Assembly (NCBI GenBank): GCA_045600105.1
Contig: JAZRXG010000049.1
Location: forward strand, 304-64,303
Source: Eubacteriales bacterium
Lineage (GTDB): Bacteria; Bacillota; Clostridia; Oscillospirales; CAG-382
Direction: 5' to 3'
Length of the DNA: 64,000 nt
Both the position numbers and the translations under genes were made by a program. A model generated the notes under the pieces. The model had not been told where the DNA came from and ran no database searches. It saw only the letters and a list, made by a program, of their open reading frames with translations. Within the stretch, counting starts at the first letter, position 1. Every line of letters begins with the position of its first letter. This document shows, piece by piece, positions 1 to 9,109 of the stretch.

Positions 1-860
1 ACCTTTTCGTAATCCTTTATCTTCTGCTGTATCTGTTCGTTGGTGAGTTCTTTTTCGTAGCCCTTGAAATTCTCTTTGTTCTTCAGATGGTTATCGCTGG
101 AGCGCTTGAGTTCTTTTACGGTGGATTCGAGTTTTTCCTCGTTTATCGCGCTGAACTGCCATTCCTTGTCGCGTCCGCATACCTCGCACTTGTCGTACGA
201 AATGAGGTTCTTGTGGCCGCAGCAGCAAAGCCACGCGCTCTCGGTCTTTTCGGGAACGACGACGGTCGGATGGTACTGCTCAGCCTCCTGATATATGTTG
301 AGCCTGCTGTAAGCGTACTGCTTTTCGTCGTCGAAATCGGACATTCTCTTGCTCTTGTTGACGACTACGATATCAAGCCTTTCGGTCGTTCCGTCGTTGT
401 ATTCGACCGAAAGAAGCTCGAGCTCGATCTTTTTGAAATAGCTTTCGGGAAGGCTTATATACGTGGCGTTTCCGAAAAACTCGGTGGAACGTATATAGTC
501 CGGCTTTTTATTGCGCGAAAAGCGCTTCTTCACTTCCCCCGGAAGGTTCCGAATGCCGAGCGACGCGTTTTCCGCCGAATAGACGAACGGCACCTTGACG
601 TATGGGATGTTCATGTCACGGTAAAGCAGCAGTCTGATGTTCAGCGTCTTTATTTCTTTTTCGGAAAGGTTCTGAAAGGTGAAGCACGCGAATATCTCGT
701 GCGTTTCGGTGTCGGAAACGACGTAGCCGTTCTGCACCTGAACGGGAGAACCTTCGATTATGGAGGTGAATTCAAAATATTCGACTATTCTGAATATCCT
801 CTGCCGGTCACGGCGGAGCTTCTTTTTCTGTTCACGGGTATATCTGACCGTTTCTTCCAT
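1..860 (-). CDS. hypothetical protein, partial (3' end lies beyond the left edge); zinc-ribbon-like Cys cluster
   Basis: Hand translation of the minus strand from ATG at 858-860 stays open to position 1 (MEETVRYTREQKKKLRRDRQRIFRIVEYFEF...) and contains WLCCCGH-x9-CEVCG. It is absent from the ORF track only because it has no in-window stop. The listed + ORF 87-992 is its antisense shadow. Confidence 0.6.
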   Translation of the reverse strand, partial: MEETVRYTREQKKKLRRDRQRIFRIVEYFEFTSIIEGSPVQVQNGYVVSDTETHEIFACFTFQNLSEKEIKTLNIRLLLYRDMNIPYVKVPFVYSAENASLGIRNLPGEVKKRFSRNKKPDYIRSTEFFGNATYISLPESYFKKIELELLSVEYNDGTTERLDIVVVNKSKRMSDFDDEKQYAYSRLNIYQEAEQYHPTVVVPEKTESAWLCCCGHKNLISYDKCEVCGRDKEWQFSAINEEKLESTVKELKRSSDNHLKNKENFKGYEKELTNEQIQQKIKDYEK

Positions 861-873
861 AGGCACACGTCTT

Positions 874-1680
874 TCAGAAAATACGTTCGGGATCGTCGAG
901 CGTTCCCTTCACGGTATAGGCGTCGGTACGGACGAATCTGCTGCCGTCGCGTTGAACGAGACCGCACGATTCGGCGTATTCAATACGTTTGAATCTCACT
1001 TCGTATTCAAAGACGTCGTCAAAGACGTAAGGTTTATAAGTGTCTGCTTTCTTCGCGGCGTCAAGCGCTTTTTCGTAAATTTCACGGCAGACCTGCTTGG
1101 GATGGACGCAGACGCAGCTGTTCCACGCAAGCGCCTTTTTGGTGACGACGGTATTGATGCCGCCGAACGATGAAAGGGCTTGAGAGACGCATACGTCGTC
1201 TGACGACGCGAAAATGACGGGGCAGCCGTATTTGCCGGCAATGGCGGCGTCTATCTGCATTTCGCCGACGTCATTACCGTTTATCTTCTGATACTGATAG
1301 GTCATGGACGAATAAACGTGAGCAAGCACGGCGTTCACGGTGTCGTACGCGTGGTAGCCGATGAAAAGCACGCCGTCGAAACCGCTGTCAATATCGGGAA
1401 AACGCTTTTTGCTTCCGGCACCCATGACGATCTTCACTCTTTCGTCGAGCTCGTCGTAATTGAGGTTATACCCTTTTCCGTGGCAGTCCCAAACGTACAC
1501 CTCACGCGCACCGGCTTCAAAAAGAGCCTTTGCGGCGGAGTTCGCTTCTCTCGTTGCCTGCCTGCAGGCGTAAGCGTAGCCCGGCGTGTCGAACGCGAGT
1601 CCCTTGCCGTATTCGCCGATGGTGCAGGCAATGCCCTCAAGATCGACGCTTATATAAAATCTTCCGCCATTCTTAAACAT
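874..1680 (-). CDS. M55 family D-aminopeptidase (DppA-like)
   Basis: ORF 874-1716. FYISVDLEGI near the N-terminus and the overall pattern resemble the DppA/M55 family. Start moved to ATG 1678-1680, which has GGAGG about 8 nt upstream. Confidence 0.8.
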   Translation of the reverse strand: MFKNGGRFYISVDLEGIACTIGEYGKGLAFDTPGYAYACRQATREANSAAKALFEAGAREVYVWDCHGKGYNLNYDELDERVKIVMGAGSKKRFPDIDSGFDGVLFIGYHAYDTVNAVLAHVYSSMTYQYQKINGNDVGEMQIDAAIAGKYGCPVIFASSDDVCVSQALSSFGGINTVVTKKALAWNSCVCVHPKQVCREIYEKALDAAKKADTYKPYVFDDVFEYEVRFKRIEYAESCGLVQRDGSRFVRTDAYTVKGTLDDPERIF

Positions 1681-1811
1681 TAGTTTTATACCTCCGTTCG
1701 ATTTATATGATAACATATATACTTTGTTTTTTCAATATATTTGCGAATTTTGTTGCAATTTGCCGCGGATTATTATATAATAGGGCGTAAAAAACACAAA
1801 GGAGACCCGTA

Positions 1812-2597
1812 ATGAGCGGAAAACTTGCAAACAAAAAGCTTTTCGTCCTCGATATGGACGGAACCATCTATCTTGACGAAACTCCGATAGAAGGAGCGAT
1901 CGAATTCGTATCCTACTGCAAAAGCCACGGGATACGCATAATCTACTTCACCAACAACGCTTCCAGAAGCATAGATATGTACTACGAGCGTCTTCGCCGC
2001 ATAGGCTTCCCCGTTGACGACGGCGACGTGTATTCGTCCGCCGACGTGACGATCGATTATTTGCTTCGCAACCATCCGGGACAGAGCGTGTACCTCGTAG
2101 GCACTCCCCCGCTCGAGAAATCGTTCAGAGAAGCCGGCATCACGCTCACCGACGGTTCTTACGCCGACATCGTGGTGTCGTCGTTCGACACGACCTTAAC
2201 TTATGAAAAGCTCAACAACGCCTGCAGGCTCATCCGCGAAGGCGCGATATTCTACTCGACGCATCCCGATTTCAACTGCCCCGTAAAAGGCGGCTTCATC
2301 CCCGACAGCGGCGCGATATGTGCCCTCATCACCGCGTCCACCGGAAAAACGCCCAAGTATTTCGGCAAGCCGCATTACGAGACCGCCGAATACCTCGCCC
2401 GCAGCGTGGGAGTCGATTTTGATTCGACGGCAGTCGTAGGCGACAGGCTTTACACCGATATCGCGCTCGGCAAGAACCACGGCATCACCTCGATACTCGT
2501 GCTTTCCGGCGAGAGCACGCCCGACGATGTCAACGACGGAAACAGACCCGATTTTATTTATGAAAGCATCGGAAAAATAATTCCCGATTTACAGTAA
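1812..2597 (+). CDS. HAD-IIA family hydrolase (NagD/sugar-phosphatase-like)
   Basis: Motif I LDMDGT, FTNNASRS, and C-terminal GDRLYTDI; length 261 aa. Confidence 0.85.
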   Translation: MSGKLANKKLFVLDMDGTIYLDETPIEGAIEFVSYCKSHGIRIIYFTNNASRSIDMYYERLRRIGFPVDDGDVYSSADVTIDYLLRNHPGQSVYLVGTPPLEKSFREAGITLTDGSYADIVVSSFDTTLTYEKLNNACRLIREGAIFYSTHPDFNCPVKGGFIPDSGAICALITASTGKTPKYFGKPHYETAEYLARSVGVDFDSTAVVGDRLYTDIALGKNHGITSILVLSGESTPDDVNDGNRPDFIYESIGKIIPDLQ

Positions 2598-2606
2598 AAC
2601 ATACGT

Positions 2607-2646
2607 AAAACGCCTGACCGAAAACCGTTATTCGGGCAGGCGTTTT
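2607..2646. terminator. bidirectional intrinsic terminator between convergent genes
   Basis: AAAACGCCTG..CCGAA..TTCGG..CAGGCGTTTT hairpin with A-run and T-run flanks, between the stops at 2597 (+) and 2652 (-). Confidence 0.7.
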
Positions 2647-2651
2647 CATAT

Positions 2652-3389
2652 TCACAGTATCTTTTCGAGGCTGTTGTTGTATTTGAAAATGACGAGTGTG
2701 AAGCAAACGTAGGAAGCGGTCTCGAGGATGACGAGGATGAGGCTGTACGGGTCCGAAGTGCCGATAGACTGAATGATCATCGCAACGTCGGAAAGCGCCA
2801 TGACGATATACAGAACGGCGATGATAACGGGTATCTTTCCGCAGTTTCTGCCGTAACGAAGCGAATTGGCAAGTCTGGAGCACATCACGATGACGAAAGC
2901 GTAGCGCAGGACTATCAAGGCGGCAGCCACAAGAACTACGCCGAAGAGGACTCTCGGGTCAACTTCGAAGCCGACGAGCGCGTTCAGTTGTTCAATAAGC
3001 GGCATTATCATTTCGGAATACGCTTCGTCTTCGGCGAGGCTGCCGGCTGAAATCAGCAGATAAAGAGCGGAAGCCGCGACGATAGCGCCGGCGACGACCA
3101 TGATTATAGAATACGTTTTGAGTATGGTGAATCCCGATGTTCTGACTCCTGGGTATCTCGACGAGTTGCACGAAGTGACGATCATCATCATTGCCACGGC
3201 GCCCAGAAGCTGGAGTGGGTTGCTGCTCATCGGGGCGATCACAAACTGTATCAGCGGCAGCGCGATATATACCGCTGACGCGAAAAGGAACGTCTTCAGA
3301 CATCCAGTGTCTTTGATGTTGTTGATTATGGGATTGCCCGAAACGAGTTCGGGATTGGCATAGTTTTGGTTATTTTGTCCGCCGTTCAT
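2652..3389 (-). CDS. hypothetical polytopic membrane protein
   Basis: 245 aa ORF with several hydrophobic helices. Overlapping ORFs look like shadows. No family recognised. Confidence 0.6.
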   Translation of the reverse strand: MNGGQNNQNYANPELVSGNPIINNIKDTGCLKTFLFASAVYIALPLIQFVIAPMSSNPLQLLGAVAMMMIVTSCNSSRYPGVRTSGFTILKTYSIIMVVAGAIVAASALYLLISAGSLAEDEAYSEMIMPLIEQLNALVGFEVDPRVLFGVVLVAAALIVLRYAFVIVMCSRLANSLRYGRNCGKIPVIIAVLYIVMALSDVAMIIQSIGTSDPYSLILVILETASYVCFTLVIFKYNNSLEKIL

Positions 3390-3410
3390 ATTTTTCTCCT
3401 TGTGTTTGCT

Positions 3411-4874
3411 TCATTTTTTCAGCTCTTCCGCAGCATTTTCATAAAGCGGAAGCAGCTCTGATATTATATCTTCAAACGCTTTTTCCGACGTCAGCGAATA
3501 CGGGTAAACGCGTGCCGGCGAGGTGTCGCCCGACGACGCGTCGAGATAAAGTCCGCCGATATCGAACGAAAGGCCGTCCTGAATTATGGAAAGCATTTTC
3601 AGGTCGTCGTTTCCGAGCCGAAGCTTCTGCGCGATCTTTTCGTTGTATGCCTCCCTCACGTCGTGCCTGCCGTAATAGTCGAGCAGCTCGAGCGCGGCGC
3701 AGGCTTCGCGAAGGTTCGACGTGTTCGTTTTCGGTATCCCGACGACGGTCAGCGAATAGGTGTCGACGGGGGTAACATAGTCGGAGGAAACGTCTTTTTT
3801 CGGCATCGGAAGTATTCCGACGCTTTGCCCGAACGCCGCGTTTTCATTTGCGAGCGAAAGCGTGTACGGCATGAAAAGCGCTCTGCCTTCAAGGAATATC
3901 TCCTTTTCCCTTTCGTGCGTCGTTTTCCAAGTTCCCTGATTTTCGGCGATCACGGAACACGAATTATCAGAAAGGATCGACTTCAGCTTTTCAAAAAACG
4001 TCACGTTGGAAGGCGTTCCGATATTTATGACGGGGTATCCGTTCTGATCGGCAAAAGCGACGCATTCGCCGCACGACGTCATGAACGCGTTTGCGTCGTC
4101 GGTGCGTGAAACGATGCCGAAAACGGGGTCTTCGGAAGAGAAGGACATTTTTCCGTTCGACGTCTCCTTGGCAAACTCGTGCATTTTGTCGACCGTCCAT
4201 CCGCCCGAAAGAACGAGCGAATAAAGGTCTTCGAGGTATCCGGCGGCAAGCGCTTTGTCGTAAAAGACGGCGTAAGCCGAGTCAAACGACGAAAAGCAGG
4301 CGTCGCCCGTGACGAAATACACCTCTCCGCAGACCGAAAGTCTGTCGGCAAAGCCGAAATCGGCGTCAAATCCGTCGATCCCGTTCAGATCGTAATAAAG
4401 TCCCGAGGGAACGTGTTTCGCGAAAGACGAAGCGCCGTAAAGCACGAGATCGGTTTCGATCCCGCTTTCGGCGTAAGACGCGAGTTCGGTCGCGACGTCG
4501 TCGTTTTCGGCAACGACTCCGACCAAAAAAGTGATCCCGTGAACGGATTTTATTTTGTCAAGCCGTGCTCCGAGCGCGCTTTGGAGATCGCTTTCGGTCT
4601 CGCTGTCGGCGGAAAAATCCGATCTTCTCGATCCGTCGCCGACCAGCACCTTGAGCGCCGCGCCGTTAAAAACGTACGTCGGCACCGGTTCCTCGGAGCT
4701 TTCTTCGGTTTCTTTGCTCTCTTCGCCTTTTTCATCCGACACGTCAATGCTTTCGTCCCGCGGTTCTTCCGACGTTTCGGAAGAGCTTTGTTCTACGGGG
4801 TCCGAAGAACAGGCGCAAAGGAGCATGAAAAACGCGAGAAGGAGAGATATGAATATTATTGTCCGTCTATTCAT
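3411..4874 (-). CDS. putative lipoprotein of unknown function, with an acidic Ser/Glu-rich linker
   Basis: Signal peptide plus lipobox (LLCACSS), followed by a SSETSEEPRDESIDVSDEKGEESKETEESSEEP linker. 487 aa. Its start overlaps the upstream HAD gene by 8 nt. Confidence 0.7.
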   Translation of the reverse strand: MNRRTIIFISLLLAFFMLLCACSSDPVEQSSSETSEEPRDESIDVSDEKGEESKETEESSEEPVPTYVFNGAALKVLVGDGSRRSDFSADSETESDLQSALGARLDKIKSVHGITFLVGVVAENDDVATELASYAESGIETDLVLYGASSFAKHVPSGLYYDLNGIDGFDADFGFADRLSVCGEVYFVTGDACFSSFDSAYAVFYDKALAAGYLEDLYSLVLSGGWTVDKMHEFAKETSNGKMSFSSEDPVFGIVSRTDDANAFMTSCGECVAFADQNGYPVINIGTPSNVTFFEKLKSILSDNSCSVIAENQGTWKTTHEREKEIFLEGRALFMPYTLSLANENAAFGQSVGILPMPKKDVSSDYVTPVDTYSLTVVGIPKTNTSNLREACAALELLDYYGRHDVREAYNEKIAQKLRLGNDDLKMLSIIQDGLSFDIGGLYLDASSGDTSPARVYPYSLTSEKAFEDIISELLPLYENAAEELKK

Positions 4875-5514
4875 AAAGCAGCATACTCTTCAGTTCGGCA
4901 TAGGTCATAGCCATCGGGCAGCCGAAGGACCTCACGTATTCGAGCGGCTGATGTCCCCAACCGACCGTTATGCAGTCGATGCCGATTTCCTTTGCGGCTT
5001 TTATCTCCTGATCGGTGTCGCCGATTATGACACACTCCCCGGGAGCAAAGCCGTATTTTTTTATTATATCCGTCACCCTTTTCGCTTTCGGGGGCGCGTT
5101 TCTGTCGCCCGAGCCCGAAATTTCGGCAAAATAGCTTTCAACGTTCCACTTTTTCATAAGGCGGATGAGCTCCGTATGTTCGTAGCCCGAAACGACCACC
5201 TGCACCGCTCCCGCTTTGTCAAGCCCCTTCACGGTGTCTGCAAGCTCGGTCGGCACGGGAAGCTTTTCGGCGTAAGCGCGGTATATGCGGTAGTATTCGT
5301 CGGCAAGGGACGCGAAATCTTCTTTCGCAAGGTCGAAAGCCTTTTCATAAAAGCGGATTATGGGCGTGTCGATATAAGACAGGAACGTGGGCAGGTCAAG
5401 AGCAGGTTCGTTTCTTGCGGCAAGCATATCGTTGACCGCGCCGAAGGATATGTCGAGGTCATCGTAAAGCGTTCCGTTCCAATCCCATATCAGAAATTTG
5501 TATTTTGGTTTCAT
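4867..5514 (-). CDS. HAD-IA family hydrolase (phosphoglycolate-phosphatase-like)
   Basis: WDWNGTLYDD motif I and GDTDQEIKAAKEIG motif IV; 215 aa. Confidence 0.85.
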   Translation of the reverse strand: MKPKYKFLIWDWNGTLYDDLDISFGAVNDMLAARNEPALDLPTFLSYIDTPIIRFYEKAFDLAKEDFASLADEYYRIYRAYAEKLPVPTELADTVKGLDKAGAVQVVVSGYEHTELIRLMKKWNVESYFAEISGSGDRNAPPKAKRVTDIIKKYGFAPGECVIIGDTDQEIKAAKEIGIDCITVGWGHQPLEYVRSFGCPMAMTYAELKSMLLYE

Positions 5515-5523
5515 ATTATTCCT

Positions 5524-7362
5524 TTAACTGAAAATCGTATATATTCCGTTTATCGCAAGGCACATGACCGCACCGACAAGAGTCGGCAGAATGAACGAAA
5601 CGAGCGTCCACCTGACGCTTTTTGTTTCCTTTGCCACCGTGATGAGCGTCGTCGAGCACGGCCAATGGAAGAGCATCATTATCGTCACGCATAGCGGCGT
5701 TATCCCCGTCCAGCCGCAGTTCACAAGCAGGGCTTTGAGTTCTGCCGCGGGCGGTATCCGGCTCATGCCGCCCGACGCGGTATACGCCATAAGCATTATC
5801 GGCAGCACTATCTCGTTTGCCGGAAGTCCGAGAATGAATGCCGCGAGTATCACGCCGTCGATGCCGAAAAGTTTTGCAAACGGGTCGAGAAAGCCGGTAA
5901 AGCGTGCAAGAACGCTCATCCCTCCGACGCTGATATTGGAGCAAAGCCATATCACGATACCGGCAGGCGCGGCGACAGACGCGGCGCGCGCAAGTATGAA
6001 CAGAGTTCTGTCGAGCAGCGACCGCACGAGCATTTTGCATACGTCGGGTCTTCTGTAAGGCGGAAGCTCGATGACGAACGACGACGGAACGCCCGAAAGC
6101 AGCGTCCTTGAAAGTATTTTCGACGACGCGAGCGTCACGAGCACGCAGAACGTCAGTATTGCCGTGAGGTAAAGCGACGACGCGAGTTCACCCGCGGCGA
6201 ACGGAAAGAAAAGCGTGACGAGGAGCAGCAGCGTCGGGAATTTGCCGTTGCACGGCACGAGGCAGTTGGTGAGGATGGCGATAAGCCGCTCGCGCGGTGA
6301 ATCTATGATGCGGCAGCCGGTCACGCCGACCGAGCTGCATCCGAGCCCCATGCACATCGTAATCGCCTGCTTTCCGCAGGAGGTGCATTTTCTGAACGGT
6401 TTATCGAGATTATACGCGACTCGCGGAAGGTAGCCCGAATCCTCGAGAAGTGTGAACAGCGGAAAGAATATCGCCATGGGCGGCAGCATGACCGCCGTGA
6501 CCCAGGAAAGCGAACCATACATACCGTCGACGAACAGCGAGCGGCAGAATCCACCGACGCCGAAGTAAACGAGCGCCTTGTCAATGAGGTCTCCGAGACG
6601 GTCGAACAGTTTTGTAAGCAGTTCGGACGGATAATTCGCGAGCCGCACGGTGATATAGAGCAGCAGAGAAAGAAGAAGCACCATTATCGGGAAGCCGAAA
6701 ACACGGCTCGTTACGACGGAATCGATCTTCTTTTCCTTTTCGTTCACATCGCCGATGACGTTTACCGTTTTCAGTGCCGTTTCATGAGCGCGTGCGGAGC
6801 GCTCGTCGGCGTCAAGCGGCGGGATCGGGACGTTCTGCCGTTCCGACACGGTGAACGCGGCTTTTATAAGCTCGGCAAGTCCTTTTCCCTTTTTGCTTAT
6901 TATCGGTACGACGGGGATGCCGAGCTCTTTTTCAAGCGCTTCAAGGTCAAGGCTGATATGCCGCTTTTCTGCCTCGTCCATCATATTTACCCCGAGCACG
7001 ACTTTTGACGTGATCTCGAGGATCATGAATACAAGATAAAGATTGCGTTCAAGGCAGGTCGCGTCGGCGATGATGATGACGGCGTCGGAGCCGCCCGAGC
7101 AGATATAGTCGCGCGCAAGCTCTTCCTCGGGCGAACGCGACGACAGCGAATAGCAGCCCGGAAGGTCGCACAGTATATAATCGCCGTATTTTTTGCCTTT
7201 TCCGCTTAAAGTGTCCACCGTTTTGCCTGCCCAGTTGCCCGTGTGGTGCCTGAGCCCCGTGAGCGAATTGAAGACGGTGGATTTCCCCACGTTGGGGTTG
7301 CCGGACAAAGCGAAAACTTTTGTTTTTTCCTTTTTCGTGCACGTGTCGGGCTTACGCATCAA
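5524..7362 (-). CDS. feoB: ferrous iron transporter FeoB
   Basis: N-terminal G-domain GNPNVGKSTVFN followed by a long polytopic membrane domain; 4-nt overlap with feoA. Confidence 0.95.
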   Translation of the reverse strand: MMRKPDTCTKKEKTKVFALSGNPNVGKSTVFNSLTGLRHHTGNWAGKTVDTLSGKGKKYGDYILCDLPGCYSLSSRSPEEELARDYICSGGSDAVIIIADATCLERNLYLVFMILEITSKVVLGVNMMDEAEKRHISLDLEALEKELGIPVVPIISKKGKGLAELIKAAFTVSERQNVPIPPLDADERSARAHETALKTVNVIGDVNEKEKKIDSVVTSRVFGFPIMVLLLSLLLYITVRLANYPSELLTKLFDRLGDLIDKALVYFGVGGFCRSLFVDGMYGSLSWVTAVMLPPMAIFFPLFTLLEDSGYLPRVAYNLDKPFRKCTSCGKQAITMCMGLGCSSVGVTGCRIIDSPRERLIAILTNCLVPCNGKFPTLLLLVTLFFPFAAGELASSLYLTAILTFCVLVTLASSKILSRTLLSGVPSSFVIELPPYRRPDVCKMLVRSLLDRTLFILARAASVAAPAGIVIWLCSNISVGGMSVLARFTGFLDPFAKLFGIDGVILAAFILGLPANEIVLPIMLMAYTASGGMSRIPPAAELKALLVNCGWTGITPLCVTIMMLFHWPCSTTLITVAKETKSVRWTLVSFILPTLVGAVMCLAINGIYTIFS

Positions 7363-7595
7363 TCAGCCGTCACGCCGATACGCGACGCGTCTTCGTCACG
7401 CAAGGCGATGACCGCTCCGCGAACAAGGTAAGCCGACGGGTCTCCGAGCGGAGACGTGCCGATTTTTTCGACTGCCGTACCGACGGTAAAACCGAGGTCG
7501 TTCAGCCGGCGCTTTATTCCGATTTCATTATTTATTTCATATATGACCGCGCTTTCTCCTCGTGTGAGCTCGTGCAGCCGCATTTGACGGTACAA
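7359..7595 (-). CDS. feoA: FeoA family iron transport protein
   Basis: 78 aa SH3-like FeoA pattern (LTRGESAVI...RRLNDLGF..G). The TTG start at 7595 sits 7 nt from GGGAGGAG; the alternative ATG at 7583 has poorer spacing. Confidence 0.85.
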   Translation of the reverse strand: MYRQMRLHELTRGESAVIYEINNEIGIKRRLNDLGFTVGTAVEKIGTSPLGDPSAYLVRGAVIALRDEDASRIGVTAD

Positions 7596-7623
7596 ATATA
7601 TCTCCTCCCGAACGAGTCGTCAC

Positions 7624-7656
7624 TGTCATTATATGACAATATGCGACTTATGTCAT
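7624..7656 (-). promoter_or_regulatory. putative feoAB promoter with an embedded 6-3-6 palindrome
   Basis: On the minus strand, ATGACA (7651-7656), a 17 nt spacer, then TATAAT (7628-7633). TGTCAT-TAT-ATGACA (7624-7638) is a perfect inverted repeat spanning the -10. Confidence 0.5.
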
Positions 7657-7671
7657 TCGGAAGAAATGACG

Positions 7672-8307
7672 TCAGATGCTTTCGACGCCTCCGTCAAGGG
7701 ATTCGATATAGGCGACTATGGTCTTTACGGCGTTATCGATGCCGCTTTTGGACGTGTTGATAATGAGGTCGTAGTTCTCTGCGCTTCCCCATTTCTGCTG
7801 AGTGTGGGTGTTATGATAGTCGGAACGTATCTTGTCGGTCTTGCGGATGAGTTTGATCGCCTCGGATTCACTGATGTCGTAAAGCTTTTCGGCTCGTTTG
7901 ACTCTCGAATCCATATCGGCTCTTATAAACACTCGGACGACGTCTTTTCTGTCCTGAAGCAGGAAGTTGCCGCATCTTCCGACGATGACGCACGAATGCT
8001 CGGACGCGAGCTTCTTGACTGTCTCGAACTGAGCGTCGGCTATCTTTATGCCGATGGGAAGCATGAGCGACGGGTCGGAAGCGTACCACGACGAACCGTA
8101 CTGGAAGCCGTAAACGCCCCACATGCGCACGGGTTTTTCGTCGTATTTGCTGATGGTGTCGGGTGAACAGTTGAGCACCTCGGCGGTATGGTCGATGAAT
8201 TTTTTGTCGTAATACGGGATGCCGAGAGCGTCGGCGACTTTTTTGCCTATCTCGGCGCCGCCGCTGCAGAATTGACGTCCTATCGTGATGACGAATTTGT
8301 TTTTCAT
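7672..8307 (-). CDS. cytidylate kinase-like family protein
   Basis: N-terminus ITIGRQFCSGGAEIGKKVADALGIPYYDK is typical of the cytidylate-kinase-like family; 211 aa. Confidence 0.8.
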   Translation of the reverse strand: MKNKFVITIGRQFCSGGAEIGKKVADALGIPYYDKKFIDHTAEVLNCSPDTISKYDEKPVRMWGVYGFQYGSSWYASDPSLMLPIGIKIADAQFETVKKLASEHSCVIVGRCGNFLLQDRKDVVRVFIRADMDSRVKRAEKLYDISESEAIKLIRKTDKIRSDYHNTHTQQKWGSAENYDLIINTSKSGIDNAVKTIVAYIESLDGGVESI

Positions 8308-8355
8308 TTTTCTTCCCCCTTGGTCGGTCTTTGTAAACGCAAAACCTCGTTTGCG

Positions 8356-9045
8356 TTATTTGCCGCTTTTTTCGAGAATTGAATTTATGACTTCCCCCGC
8401 GAGTATTGTACCGGCGGCGGCAGTCACGCACGAAAGTGAGCCGACCGTTCTGCCTTCGCCGACCTTTGACGGCAGTTCGGAAGAACAGACGGTCTTTAGT
8501 TTTTTTACCCCTTCTTTGCGGAGCCTTTGTCTGAGCGCTTTTGCGAGCGGATCGTTTGACGTTGAGAATACGTCAACGACGTCGAAGCACTGCGGTTTGC
8601 GGCGGTTGCCCGCCCCCATCGACGATATGATACCGACGCCGAGCGACGTGCAGTTCTTTATGAGCAGCGTCTTGCAGTCGAGCGAATCGATGGCGTCGAC
8701 GACGTAATCGTAAGACGCAAGGTCAAATTCGCCCGCAGTTTCGGCGTTGTAGCGCATTGGGCGCGACACCGCGGCGCAGGACGGATTTATCGAGCGGATG
8801 CGTTCCGCCGCCACGTCGGTCTTGTGCCTTCCGATGGTATCAAGCGTTGCGTACAGCTGTCGGTTCAGGTTGGTTTCGGAGTAAACGTCGTCGTCGATCA
8901 GTTCGATCCTTCCGATGCCCGCTCTCGCAAGGCACTCGACGGCATACGATCCCACCCCGCCCACGCCGAAAACGGCAACGGTCGAGTTTTGAAGTATATT
9001 TACCGCGTTTTCGCCCAAAAGGGTCAAGGTTCTTTCATTCCACAT
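8356..9045 (-). CDS. tcdA: tRNA threonylcarbamoyladenosine dehydratase (ThiF/HesA family)
   Basis: VFGVGGVGSYAVECLARAGIGRIELIDDDVYSETNLNRQ Rossmann/E1-like motif; 229 aa. Confidence 0.85.
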   Translation of the reverse strand: MWNERTLTLLGENAVNILQNSTVAVFGVGGVGSYAVECLARAGIGRIELIDDDVYSETNLNRQLYATLDTIGRHKTDVAAERIRSINPSCAAVSRPMRYNAETAGEFDLASYDYVVDAIDSLDCKTLLIKNCTSLGVGIISSMGAGNRRKPQCFDVVDVFSTSNDPLAKALRQRLRKEGVKKLKTVCSSELPSKVGEGRTVGSLSCVTAAAGTILAGEVINSILEKSGK

Positions 9046-9067
9046 AATTTACCGTATAAAAAATCAT

Positions 9068-9097
9068 AAAGGGCCGCCGTAAAACGACAGCCCTTTT
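9068..9097 (-). terminator. possible weak terminator after the downstream ftsZ copy
   Basis: AAAGGGC..GCCCTTT stem followed by a T-rich tract on the minus strand, just past the stop at 9110. Confidence 0.4.
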
Positions 9098-9109
9098 ATT
9101 TTGCGTTTA

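Noticed and set aside
7667-7674. TGACGTCA (CRE-like) palindrome
   Set aside because: It is an 8 bp palindrome at the 3' end and stop codon of the cytidylate-kinase-like gene, a single occurrence, expected by chance.
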